A program made the position numbers and the translations under genes. Of a stretch of 64,000 nt of DNA, positions 14,141 to 27,108 are shown piece after piece. The DNA is taken from NCBI GenBank assembly GCA_964016885.1, contig OZ024745.1, positions 32,488,001-32,552,000 on the forward strand, in the 5' to 3' direction. Position 1 is the stretch's first letter. Each line of letters opens with the position of its first letter. The DNA comes from Eledone cirrhosa. Taxonomy: Eukaryota. The notes beneath the pieces are model-generated. The model saw only the letters and a list, made by a program, of their open reading frames with translations, was not told where the DNA came from and searched no databases.

Positions 14141-14724
14141 ATAATATTACAATCTAGATAAGTCCTGGAAAAATTATATAGCTATCAAGGGGAGTAGTGA
14201 TTAATTTGTAATTACAATCAAAATATGCGACATATAATTAGATTTGAATTCAGTGAAAAAAACTTTAATATGGCATTTTTAAAGATATGCCAGTATCGTT
14301 CATAACAGGCTGAAAAATATCCCTGTTATGTGTAAATCATCAGTTTTCATCTGTGATTGATGGGCAATACTTTGCTCTCGGTCACCCTGTTGTTGCTCAG
14401 GTTTCAACTGAATCACATTAAGAATCTTTTTGTTTCTCTTCCATCCACTGATGCCTTTTGTGTTTGGTTGTTTTTTATTATTTTTTGTTATTCATAAGAG
14501 AAATTTTGTTGATTTTGCTATTTAATTCAACACAATGTGTATCGTATCAGACATACACCTGTACGGTGTCTGTTATCACAGAATATTGCACTGTCACCAG
14601 TTTGACATTCAATAGGTTGTTGTGGAGGTCCCTTGCATAAGGTCCCTTGCATAAGCAAGGTGTGCTGAAATTTATTTTAGTTTTTAGTCAGTTGGTCCTA
14701 TGTGAAATATTCCAAAGTATACTT

Positions 14725-15065
14725 GTGATTACTGAAGATTGGTAAAACATCTTGAAACACAAGAGCCCCGCGTTCTCAAACGGATACTGAGGTAGCCATT
14801 ACATGATCACATCTTAAAATATCCATTTCGATATTTATATAAGTTTATTTTACATTATAATTTATATACATTTATATACACCACTATTGTGAATCCTGTT
14901 GTGCTAACCCCAGCTAGTCAAGATTGCACTATATGTAAATGAGGCAATTTATTCTTGTCTTAATACCGAGTAGGCGCCACTGAAGATGGATAAAAAAAAA
15001 TCCTGAAACATCCGTATCTAGCATTCTCTCACGGATACTGAGGAAGATGTGACATGATCACGTTC
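14725..15065 (+). repeat. Two diverged hammerhead-like units ~250 bp apart
   Basis: CTGAAGAT...GAAAC at ~14732 and 14980, each followed by ttctc..acggatactgagg...acatgatcac. The second has stem II GGAT/ATCC and GAAAC ATCC GTA. Confidence 0.5.
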
Positions 15066-15083
15066 CCACACATCACACACACA

Positions 15084-15136
<53 letters not shown>

Positions 15137-15235
15137 ACACTCACACATACACACACATACATACATACATACATACATACATACATACATACATACATAC
15201 ATACATACATACATACATACATACATACATACATA

Positions 15236-15630
15236 CATGGTGGCTGCCAACTCGTTTTCGAGTACGGCCACTACTTTATATCCATGTAGGAGAACCCCTA
15301 CCAATGCGCTGAACGAATGTGACTTTTTAGTCCAGCCAGCGACTTGAAAACTCTGGTACAAACACTACACCTGTGACAATTATGGACACATAGTGCTGGG
15401 CCCATGGTACCATGTGACGACAAGTGCAGAGAGATCAGAGATCTCCAGATATAAAGCAATGCCTGTGCCGTGAAGCTTTTATAGTGAGCAAAGGCACTGC
15501 ACAAAGCCAGTCCCACTCTCTTAACCAAGATAATATTTACCAAAAAGAAGAACAAATCAATATCATTGGATACCATCAGGGTTGCAGGTGTTATATCAGA
15601 GTTTTCCTTCTCCTAGAATTCTGCCTTGAC
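15236..15630 (-). mobile_element. Short non-autonomous bipartite RTE-derived element in (TATG)n
   Basis: RTE-type 5' motif CTAGGAGAAGGAAAACTCTG joined to a C2H2 zinc-finger-coding 3' end (CSVCTRVFKSLAGLKSHIRS). (TACA)n on both sides; close copy at 20742-21121. Confidence 0.7.
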
Positions 15631-15792
15631 ATACATACATACATACATACATACATACATACATACATACATACATACATAGACACACACACATATGGAA
15701 TATGTATATAATATTCTTTGTTTCCATCAGATATTTTATTTTGCATGAAATTACAAGATAGAGTTTGAAGTATGGCAACATAAGTGTGAATA

Positions 15793-15893
<101 letters not shown>

Positions 15894-16290
15894 GTGTGTG
15901 TGTGTGTGGTGTGTGCGAATGGAATATTGAAAAATGTTGATATTTTTAGTTGAATTGCCTAGAAACACGATTTTAAACTGTGTATTATATTTAGTTCACT
16001 GGGAGTTAATTTTCTTCCATCGGATACCCATTAAATAGTCCTAATTATTTCTGCAGGTTTATTTAATTAATTCAATCTACGGGAGGTTAAATCTGTATGG
16101 TAATGTTAATATGAAAAGATTAAAGGCAAGCAATATATTGAAAATCTATTCAAACAGTACAAAGAAAAAAGATTAATTCGTATTGATAAGTAATTATAGT
16201 CATCATTGTACTCATTAGAAAATAATGTAGTTTAATTTCGTTGATGGTATTAAGGAAATTTAAAATCGTAATGAAGAGGCATTCTAAAGC

Positions 16291-16719
16291 TAACATCAAA
16301 TACGACAGTGTTAGACTTTATCGACAACGTAACATCAAACACGACAGTGTTACACTTTATCGACAACGTAACATCAAATACGACAGTGTTACACTTTATC
16401 GACAACGTAACATCAAACACGACAGTGTTACACTTTATCGACAACGTAACATCAAATACGACAGTGTTACACGTTATCGACAACGTAACATCAAATACGA
16501 CAGTGTTACACTTTATCGACAACGTAACATCAAATACGACAGTGTTACACTTTATCGACAACGTAACATCAAATACGACAGTGTTACACTTTATCGACAA
16601 CGTAACATCAAATACGACAGTGTTACACTTTATCGACAACGTAACATCAAATACGACAGTGTTACACTTTATCGACAACGTAACATCAAATACGACAGTG
16701 TTACACTTTATCGACAACG
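16291..16719 (+). repeat. Minisatellite, 39-bp unit x11
   Basis: TAACATCAAATACGACAGTGTTACACTTTATCGACAACG repeated head-to-tail, no spacers, few substitutions. Confidence 0.95.
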
Positions 16720-17442
16720 TACAATATATAACTTACATTGGTTTAGGATAAGCTTAAGGGTAGTAAGTAGTATAGTTGGAAGAACGGGATGAATGCAACA
16801 TGGAGGCATCATAAATGATCAGATGTTAATTATCTAGTTATTTTAATATATTTTATTCTATTTTATTTTTATGTTGGTTCAACCCGCCCTACCAGCATAC
16901 AATACTTTCATAACCTCAACCATCATTTTTCGTATATTCTAATTTAATTTACTGTATTTTTTTAATCATCCGACAAATACCTTCAGGGAAGTAACACCAC
17001 AAGATCAAGGAGTCGCAATACTGCCACTCCCTCTATACAAATGCTTCCCCGCCAACACCTCCAATAGGTTTTACATATCTCCCTCGGCCATATATTAAAT
17101 ATTATTTATAATTTCTGCATCCCACAGCCACTCCGCACTACCAAATATGCTACAAGCCTTACGCTTATGTAAATTATCTATTTATATTTAATTAACTTGT
17201 GTTGATACCACCCATCCTACCAGCAAACTACATGAAACCAGCAAAAAAGAATGTGTGGGAATGTATACCCGCACCATATATATATATATATGAGAGAGAG
17301 GGGGAAGGAAGATGCCTTCTACAGGACTAGAACTGTTTGATTCCAGAGTCGAGCCAGATCTATACAGATCGAACCTTCAGCTGATCAATCGCGAAACGGG
17401 CGTCACGCATCAATAAAGGTAATGAAGACCTAACATTTCGTC

Positions 17443-17630
17443 CTTTGGCAGTACCGGTAGAGGGTCGGGCGCCATGCTTTGAAGCATAGAGTTACCTCCC
17501 TTTATGATCTGAGTTCAAATCCCGCCGAGGTTAACTTTGCCTTTCATCCTTACGGGGTCGATAAAATAAAGTACCAGTAATGCACTGGGATAATTGCTGG
17601 CCTGGTGCCAAAAGTAGAAACAATTATTAG
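17443..17630 (+). mobile_element. tRNA-derived SINE
   Basis: TGGCAGTACCGG...GAGTTCAAATCCCGCCGAGG...core...AGTAGAAACAATTATT. Confidence 0.85.
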
Positions 17631-17756
17631 TATTACACTCTGCTTAGTACAACACCAATATACCTACTGGAAACTACTCATCGAGTGGTCACTCTGGTGA
17701 ACCTACAGTAACTGGACGTTACCATCCCTAAATATATATATTTTCTATTCCGTTTA

Positions 17757-17810
<54 letters not shown>

Positions 17811-17996
17811 TAAACGGAATAGAAAATGCTGACAAATTGTTCACAGTTGAAAAATGGTTTAATTAGGAATAAAAGAGTATTAGTAATTGTATGGGTTAGT
17901 ATTCAGTTGCGGTTTTAAGTTTTTAAGGTTTTACCGGTTGCGCATTTCTAAATGCTTTTCAAAAATAATTTTGAGACAGATTGTCCGTGCTGTTTG

Positions 17997-18053
<57 letters not shown>

Positions 18054-18195
18054 AACATATTTGAAAAAAAGGTTGTTCCATATATATAGAGAACAGGATT
18101 ATCAGTTTTAAACTAGTAAGACTATTATTCAATATATTAGAGAGTCTGGAATTTGCTGTCGAAACGGCATGATCTCAGCTGTCGGGCTCCAACTA

Positions 18196-18267
<72 letters not shown>

Positions 18268-18290
18268 GAAGTAATTCGTTGTTTATTGCA

Positions 18291-18328
<38 letters not shown>

Positions 18329-18447
18329 ATAAAACAATGAAATTTTTATTTAATGCTTACTAGTAATTGGGTAATACAATATATTACCCTTTCGTATTTA
18401 TAATTGTATATAGATTATATATATAAGTATAAATACTATTATAATTA

Positions 18448-18504
<57 letters not shown>

Positions 18505-18563
18505 AAAGACCAATGGAAACATTGTTTCCTCGGTCCGATTTGACGAAAGTCGATCGACTGTCG

Positions 18564-18641
<78 letters not shown>

Positions 18642-18643
<2 letters not shown>

Positions 18644-18815
18644 CATCTGGCACGCAACAGTCAGTGACTCTTTTCCTCCCTCCCATACCTTGGATGCTGC
18701 TGTAACTGTGAGGGCCACTGCTTCCATTGCCGAACGGAATAAAATCTTAAAATACCGTGAACTATCAAATAACTATTTTTTCCAGCCTGTGACGTTCGAG
18801 ATGTTTGGTGGAGCT
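18642..18815 (+). pseudogene. Fragment of the C-terminal restriction-like endonuclease region of a CRE-like non-LTR element
   Basis: WHATVSDSFPPSH...ATASIAERNKILKYRELSNNYFFQPVTFEMFGG fits the WDxTxxD...AAxxAExxKxxKY...FxPxxxExxG pattern; abuts (GT)n. Confidence 0.6.
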
Positions 18816-19048
18816 GACCAAAATACTCTCAGGAATGACCAAATGAGGTTTATTTTTCAACATAGTCTCTGGAAAGAAACAATGCAGTTATTACTAAGAA
18901 GAGTTGAAAATAATGTTTGCAAGATTTCACAGCATTAGCATCACTCCTTCATCGTACAACTGTATTGACAACTCTTCAGGACATCGTCCAAAACTTGGTG
19001 AAGTTAAAATAAATCTTAAGGTAATAAAAAAAACTTAGTTTACGTACA

Positions 19049-19250
19049 CCTCAAAACGCATTTGTTCTCCAGCTGATGGGCCAGGGAATAATATCAAGTT
19101 TCAAGACATATTGCCTGCAGGAGTCGTTTAAGAAAATAGTCAACGTACTAGACACAAACCGTATGATTGTAAAGGATTATTGGCTGCTATTTAACATTTT
19201 AAATGCTGTTTATTTTATTGATATCCCTTTAAAAGGGGTCACTACAAGAT
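19049..19250 (+). pseudogene. pogo/Tigger DDE transposase fragment
   Basis: [22 protein letters not shown]...[17 protein letters not shown] resembles PPNTTSLLQPMDQGIIxxFKxxY...FWKxFNIxDAI. Confidence 0.65.
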
Positions 19251-19253
19251 GCT

Positions 19254-19315
<62 letters not shown>

Positions 19316-19317
19316 TG

Positions 19318-19676
<359 letters not shown>

Positions 19677-20256
19677 TAGAGAGAGGGGGAGAAATATATG
19701 TGCTTGTAGACACAAAAGTCAAAACCTACGGAACCAATCATGAATTGCACACACAATCCAACAAACATACATACATACATACATGCTCATGTACATCTAG
19801 TTACGTGTGTCATATACATTTGAGCACCCAATACCACGCTTATTTCTATATGTATACACGTGTGTCACATATATATATATATATATATATATATGCAAAA
19901 GTTCTATTTAAATTGTTGGGATACAACAAGCAAATATTTTTATAACTGATATAAAGCACTCGACAAGTATATCTCTATCTCTATATTTTTCTCTCTCGAT
20001 TTTTTTCTCTCTGTCTGGTGTTTTGATATCTCTCTCTAGTTTTTCTCTCTTTTTTCTTTTTTTCTTTTTTCTTGTTTTTTTCTTTCTTTCTCCCTTTTCT
20101 CTCTCTCCGTCTTTTTTTTCTCTCTCTCCGTCTTCTCTGTAACACAACGACTTACTAATATAAGTAAACAACTCCACTATCCCAATGTCTTCCAAAAGTA
20201 ACGGTTGCATTTTGTAAGGGTATGTCAATATTTATTTATAAAACTGGTATATATTG

Positions 20257-20321
20257 TATTTTATCTGATGAAAGCATACCATAATTTAACATGGTATCCT
20301 TGAAATATGTATAATAAAATA
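20257..20321 (+). ncRNA. Minimal type-I hammerhead ribozyme (family H1, copy 2)
   Basis: tattttat-CTGATGA-AAGCATACCAT aatttaac ATGGTATCCTT-GAAA-T ATGT ATA-ataaaata. The downstream 40 nt is nearly identical to the 437-497 copy, then (TA)n. Confidence 0.85.
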
Positions 20322-20741
20322 GATATGGTTTTATAAATATAGTTTCCATTTGTTAATATCGTATATATATATATATTACTGGGAGGGGGGATATTTTATA
20401 TTTGTGTGTGTATAGAAGGACCTGTGTATACGTCAGCATGTACATGTTTGAACGTATGCATGCTTGAACGTGTACGTACGTGAACGCGTGTATTCGACTA
20501 TTTGATATTTTCATTTCATGGCGAGGAGAAATATCTTACCAAGATATATTGTGTTTCGGAATGTGATTTTTGTAATATATATATTCGAAGTATGGTTTCA
20601 TGTGGATGTTAGTTGTTGATGTCGTTGTTTCGCGTGTGTGTGTGTGTGCGCGTGCGTGCGTGCGTGTGCGTGCGTGCGTGTGCGTGCGTGCGTGTGCGTG
20701 CGTGCGTGCGTGCGTGTGTGTGTGTGTGTGTGTGTGTATGT

Positions 20742-21121
20742 ATGAATTCTAGGAGAAGGAAAACTCTGATATAACACCTGCAACCCTGATAGTATCCAAT
20801 GATGTTGACTTGTTCTTCTTTTTGGTAAATATCATCTTGGTTAAGAGAGTGGGACTGGATTTGAGCAGTGCCTTTGCTCACTATAAAAGCTTCACGGCAC
20901 AGGCATTGTTTTATATCTGGAGATCTCTCTGCACTTGTCCTCATATGGTACCATGGGCCCACCACTATGTGTTAATAATTGTCACAGATGTAGTGTTTGT
21001 ACCAGAGTTTTCAAGTCGCTGGCTGGACTAAAAAGTCACACTCGTTCAGCGCATCGGTAGGAGTTCTCCTACATGGATATAAAGTAGTTGCCGTACTCGA
21101 AAACGAGTTGGCAGCCACCAT
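20742..21121 (+). mobile_element. Short non-autonomous bipartite RTE-derived element
   Basis: Close copy of 15236-15630 in opposite orientation; TATG repeats at both junctions. Confidence 0.7.
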
Positions 21122-21664
21122 GTATGTACGTATGCTTATATGTATGTATGTTTGTGTCTGTATATGTGTATATTGGGTATGTGTGTATGTGCTTTGTATC
21201 AACGTATTCTTGTAACATTCCCTAATGCTCATTTTCTCAACATTTTTTCCGGTACACCATATTACTATATTGGATTCATGTATCGATCACTAAACCTCTC
21301 ATCATCCTTGATCATACATATGGACACAGCTAAGCTTGATTTATTTGCCAATTAGTTTGCGTGAGGATGAAGCAGACTATTGTAACTTAATCATGTTAAG
21401 AGGGAAATATTTCGTGCTAATTTCCCAGTATTGTGTCAGTCAACTCAATTATTCATTGTATGATATAATATATTCGAAGGAGTTAACCCCACCTATACTG
21501 GTATAGTTTAACAGAAAATCTCTCTTTGCATTTACTGTCTAATTTATCTGTTAAATATTCTACTTAATAGACATATTTTACGATGGTAACATCATCTAAT
21601 TACGGGGGGGGGGGGGCTCTACATAGTAACTTAACTTTAATTCACATCATACCGTCTTAAAGTG

Positions 21665-21805
21665 AAGGCGCATGGCTTAGTGGTTAGAGTATTGGGCTTG
21701 CAATCGAAAGATTGTGAGTTCAATTCTCGGACCGGGTGATATGTTGTTTCCTTGAGCAAGACACTTTATTTCATGTTGCTCCAGTTTACTCAGCTGTAGA
21801 AATGA
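21665..21805 (+). mobile_element. tRNA-derived CORE-like SINE
   Basis: A box TGGCTTAGTGG, B box GAGTTCAATTC, CORE-like CCTTGAGCAAGACACTTT. Confidence 0.7.
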
Positions 21806-23444
21806 GATGATAGGACTGGGGTCTCTATCATTAAATCACTCAAGACACCTCCAACGAGATATACCTTGGAGGAGACCAGCTAAACCTGCATAGGTGCTGT
21901 CACACACACACATACCATCTTAAAAAGAAGGAACACAATGTATAAACGAAAAAAAAAGATATATTGGAAGAACAAAAAAGTCGTGATGGGCCCAGCTAGA
22001 ACGCCTTTTCACAGAATTGGTAGAGCGTTGGATAAAATATCATTGCGGTATTTGTTCTGGTTCTTTACATTCTGAGTCCAAATCCCACCGTAGTCAACTT
22101 TGCTTTTCATCCAAATTTGCTGGCCTTGTGTCTGAATTACAACTCAATTATAGATCTGCTTGAGGGGGCTAAATAACCACAATAGCAACAATAAATGCAT
22201 ACTGACTTCGAAATGATATGTTCACTCAATTTCTCTTTTTTTTTCATTAAATTTTGTTGTATTTATTCCAGCTCTCTGCGTTCTTAGTTCAAATTGTGCC
22301 GAGGTCAACTGCCGTTCATTCTTTAGGGTCTATAAATAAAATACCTGCCTACTTAGATTAGCAGAATCGTTAGGACACCAAACATATATCAAACGTGAGA
22401 ACCATAACGGTATTTGTTTTGACTCTTTACCTTCTGAGTTGAAATCCTGCCGTAACGTGTTTGGGTGCTAAACTTAATCTGTCATCTGATTTAATAATAC
22501 AGCTATCTGGCCCTTAGATGTCTAGAGTGGAGTTCACTCTGTTGCAAGTACTTGAACCAGGTTTCCTTTTAGAAGACACCCTTTTCTCTCCTTTCCATCA
22601 AACTCAGGGGTCTTGAAAAGGGTATTGGACTCTGACCTTCTCCTAAATGATAAAAACGCACGATTTCTTCTGTTGTATAATTTGGGATGACTACGACAAG
22701 TACACCTTTGGTCATAGCTTTGCTTTCTTTCTCTCCTAAAGACAATTCAGTTGGCTTATGTCTCTTTACTCTTTAAATCATGCTTTCATCTACAGCAGCG
22801 TTTCTCAACCTTTTCAACCATGTGTAACCCTTGAAATAGTTTTCATGTCTCAGGATACCCTGCATAAAAAATATTATATACCATTATCAATATCTATCGC
22901 TTTTAGATGTTGAAGGCTCTCTGCTAGAAATAGTAGCTAAATACTCTCAAATCAACATTCTAACATTTAAAATTGAAAAATGCATTGGATAATATAATTG
23001 TAGCATACTTCAGAAATTACACATGTACATAATGTACTTAATATTACGTTTCCACCAACCGAACGTACAGACACAAAACTAACTCAACACACACTTTCGG
23101 AGAGGGGGGGGGGGGGCTATAACATACTATCGTAGTAAAGACTATTATATTTGCTTTATCTTTTGATTTTGTAATGTTATACCTGTATAATCAATTAATA
23201 CAAAAGAAATTTTTTATTGTAAAAAGAATAAATTATTTGGTCTACGCTACTGGACGTTTTCTAGAGACACACGGAAAGGTTTGATTTTGGATTAGTCCAT
23301 TACAATGTTCATATTAATTTCTCCTGTACAGAAATATATCTGTTGATCCAGGTTCAATTCTTGGACATTTAGTTCAATGGCATATTCTAAACATTTCAAA
23401 TTCTGTTAATAGTTATTATTTAAAGAATATCAATAATATTTTAG

Positions 23445-23660
23445 GGTGGTAGATTGGCAATATCGGTAGAGTGTCGGACAACATGCTTTGCGGCATATAG
23501 TTACGCCCCTTTACATTCTGAGTTCAAATCCTGCCGGGGTTAGCTTTGCCTTTCATCCCTACGTGGTCGATAAAATAAAGTACCAGTAACACACCAAGAT
23601 CGATTTAATCGACTTTCCCCTCCGCCAAATCGTTGGCTTCGTGCCTAAATCAGAAACCAC
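23445..23660 (+). mobile_element. tRNA-derived SINE
   Basis: Full head, B box and core; degenerate relatives at ~22015-22450. Confidence 0.8.
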
Positions 23661-24431
23661 CATTTATCAATGATATTACAATACTATTTCTCAAAATTAT
23701 TTTGTAAGCTTTCTTAGGAGCCAACATTGATATCATAAAAATGTATATAAACGATAGGAATTGACAGAAACATTGAAGAATCTCTATAATCTAAATGCTT
23801 CCACGTGTGTTGTTTCAAAACTAAAAGCATCTTCACAATATCTACGTTATATATAAGCAGACCTTATCAATTTTCACATTTATTGACTACACCTACGTAT
23901 GAATGAACTTATTGACTATAAACTCTAAAGTATTAATATAATGCTAATTGAAACAATCTAATTTTCTCTTGCAATAGTTTTTTCATTTATTTTTATGGTC
24001 TCGTAATATTAATTCAAATGGATTCGTCAAATTTCAAGCTGATTAATAAATATGTTAAAAGCAAGACTGTCTCCTTCTATTATACGATGGATGTTAATTC
24101 ATTCGAATAATAACATAATTAAATAAGTGCTTATCGGAAAGCAAACTTCAAATAATTAATCACTAAATTTTTGATAATTATTAACTTTGGCGACCATTAA
24201 CTTTTGAACCTCATTTCCTTCTGTCGCTATTTCTTCTTCAACTAGTAAAATGGTGCCCCCCTCTCCCACCCAGTCGAGAAAAACACGACCATTAACCACT
24301 AATAAAATGGTGACAGCGGAATTGAATAAAATGGTAGGCTAAAAAAAGTCAACCCTACGTTTGAACTATACAAAAATATCCCTAAAATGGTGACCACTGA
24401 CGTCCAATTTCATTTATTCGAAACTACCGGT

Positions 24432-24626
24432 CAGACCTGCCAACCTCTAAAAGCCCAAACGGAGAGTACCATGACAAAAAGTTCCCCAAAACGGGGAGAA
24501 ATGAGGCAAAATGGGGAGATTTTACATAATGAAAGCTATACCCATTTTCACAAGAGAAGAGATTTTTCACCTACCCCAAAGTGGGTGGGAGATCTCCCCA
24601 TCTAACGAGGAGAGTTGACAGGTCTA
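24432..24626. mobile_element. 195-bp MITE with TIRs and a 6-bp TSD (hAT-like)
   Basis: Ends cAGACCTGCCAAC / GTTGACAGGTCTa, flanked by ACCGGT on both sides (24426-24431 and 24627-24632). Confidence 0.7.
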
Positions 24627-25323
24627 ACCGGTATTTACATTTTACTAGAGAATATTAACTGAGATTTAAGCTGCTCAAATATGTTGAGAAGATGTCATCC
24701 CGGAAAAAGAATACGACCTAATACTATCAATAAGATGTCTACATAATTTGCACTACAAAGAAGAAACAAACTTCACTAAACTTTCTGAGATGGACAGAAA
24801 GACATTTCTCCTACATAGATTTCATTAAGCACATTAATGAACCGCCACATTTGAAAATGCATATACAGGGAAATGCATCGAGGACTAAAGGGAGTATTTG
24901 CTCTTAGTAGTATTATGAAATGGACGTATTAATTTACATATAATTAGCGTTTGTGTTGGTAGTTAATTAAGATATATATTAAGAATTGCGCTCAGCAGCC
25001 AACTAGGTCTGAAAATCGATTAAAGGTGTTTATTATTCTTTCAATTTACAGGGAAATTAGTATTTATGACATATTTACACGTCTTCATATTAAAGATGTG
25101 TATATTTATATACAAATTGATGCAGTCTCTGTTACCCACTCTGTATATATACAGATATAACATTATCGTACACTTTGGTTACACAGAAATTATATCTTTT
25201 ACTATCAATACAACTATTAGCAATGAAGACAATCAGTTTTGTGATGTACTTCATTAAGAATTATCAGGTATAAATTAAGTTGTCTCCTAGATGTATTGCA
25301 CAAAACTGCATGAAAGTATGAAA

Positions 25324-25404
<81 letters not shown>

Positions 25405-25592
25405 TATATAAGAAGTACATCACAAAACTGACTGTCTCCATTGCTAATAGTTGTACATTGATAGTAAAAGATATAATTTCTGTTTACAAATTCATGTATA
25501 TAAATATATATATTAAATACATACATATATATATTTATTAAATACATATATATATATATTTATTAAATACATATATATATATATTTATTAAA

Positions 25593-25624
<32 letters not shown>

Positions 25625-25628
25625 TTAA

Positions 25629-25664
<36 letters not shown>

Positions 25665-26059
25665 TAAATACACATATATATATATTTATTAAATACACAT
25701 ATATATATATATATATATATATAGAATACATATATAAGAGGAGCGATCGACTTTCGTCAAATCAGACCGAGGAAACAATGTTTCCATTGGTCTTTCCAAT
25801 TGCTAATATTATCTATCGGTCGCAACTCCAGATAGAAGGGGCACCGTGAAATAAAATGTCTTGCCCGGTCTGGGAATCGAACTCACAACCTCATATATAT
25901 ATATCGAACTCACAACCACAAATACATATATATATATATATATATATTAAATACATATATATATATATTAAATACATACATATATATTTTTTAAATATAT
26001 ACATATATATATATATATATATTAAATACATATATATACATATACATATATATATAGTA

Positions 26060-26975
26060 ATAATAATAAAATTGAAGACTAAAATTCAAAGAGGGCTCGA
26101 TAAGGAAAATATATATCAAATATATAAGAACCGTAGAGCAAATATTTATTAAAATAACAGATTAAAGTTTAAGCAAAGAATCGCTGCTTTCACCCTTAAC
26201 GGGATCTTCTGAAACTAACAAGTCAATCTGTAAACGCAGAACTGGATATTTCAAAAAACGTTGCAACCGGAGGAAGACAGGAAGACGATACTTTGGTTCG
26301 TGGTAACGTTCGCTGGCAAAGAACGGGAAAAAACGAATAATACGTCATTAATAGGAGCGGTGAAAAACAATTACGCGCAAAGACAAAACCACGTTTATGG
26401 TATAAAAGAGGTCGTAGACTAATGTTCTCTTAGGTGGTGCATAGAGACGTTCTCTGGCAATGAACGAAAAAACGAAGATAATAAGTCATATGTGGAGCGT
26501 GGAGAACAATAGCACGCAAAGACAAAACCACGTAAATGGTATAGCAGAAATCGTAGACTAAAATTCTAACTAGGAGACCAAATGAATCTCCGCTACAGAG
26601 TTAAGAACAAAGTAAATAAATACAATACAAAAGTTATTATCTTCGTTTTTTCGTTCATTGCCAGAGAACGTCTCTATGCACCACCTAAGAGAACATTAGT
26701 CTACGACCTCTTTTATACCATAAACGTGGTTTTGTCTTTGCGCGTAATTGTTTTTCACCGCTCCTATTAATTACGTATTATTCGTTTTTTCCCGTTCTTT
26801 GCCAGGGAACGTTTCCACGAACCAAAGTATCGTCTTCCTGTCTTCCTCCGGTTGCAACGTTTTTTGAAATATCCAGTTCTGCGTTTACAGATTGACTTTG
26901 TTAGTTTCAGAAGATCCCGTTAAGGGTGAAAGCAGCGATTCTTTGCTTAAACTTTAATCTGTTATTTTAATAAAT
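26060..26975. mobile_element. Family H2 element with ~340-bp inverted arms
   Basis: ~26145-26485 is the reverse complement of ~26635-26975. Internal ~140-bp dimer; TA repeats on both flanks; further copies at 27109-27350, 28088-28660, 28959-29180 and 43455-43990. Confidence 0.8.
26903..26953 (+). ncRNA. Variant hammerhead-like motif (CAGAAGA core) in family H2
   Basis: agttt-CAGAAGA-tCCC gttaa GGGt-GAAA-GCA...TGC-TT-aaact. Stems I-III can all form; U4 is replaced by A; AATAAA follows. Confidence 0.5.
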
Positions 26976-26999
26976 ATACATATATATATATATATTATA

Positions 27000-27101
27000 G
27001 TAATTGTTTCTACTTTTGGCACAAGGCCATCAATTACCCAGTGCATTACTGGTACTTTATTTTATCGACCCCGTAAGGATGAAAGGCAAAGTTAACCTCG
27101 G
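27000..27101 (-). mobile_element. 5'-truncated SINE at the (TAA)n end of an H2 copy (similar at 27958-28068)
   Basis: Reverse complement of SINE core and tail, directly followed by taataataaatttgaagac. Confidence 0.8.
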
Positions 27102-27108
27102 TGAGTAA

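Noticed and set aside
16241-16792. 39-bp array as a CRISPR array or repeat protein
   Set aside because: No unique spacers, no cas genes, eukaryotic context; open in three frames only because the unit is a multiple of 3.
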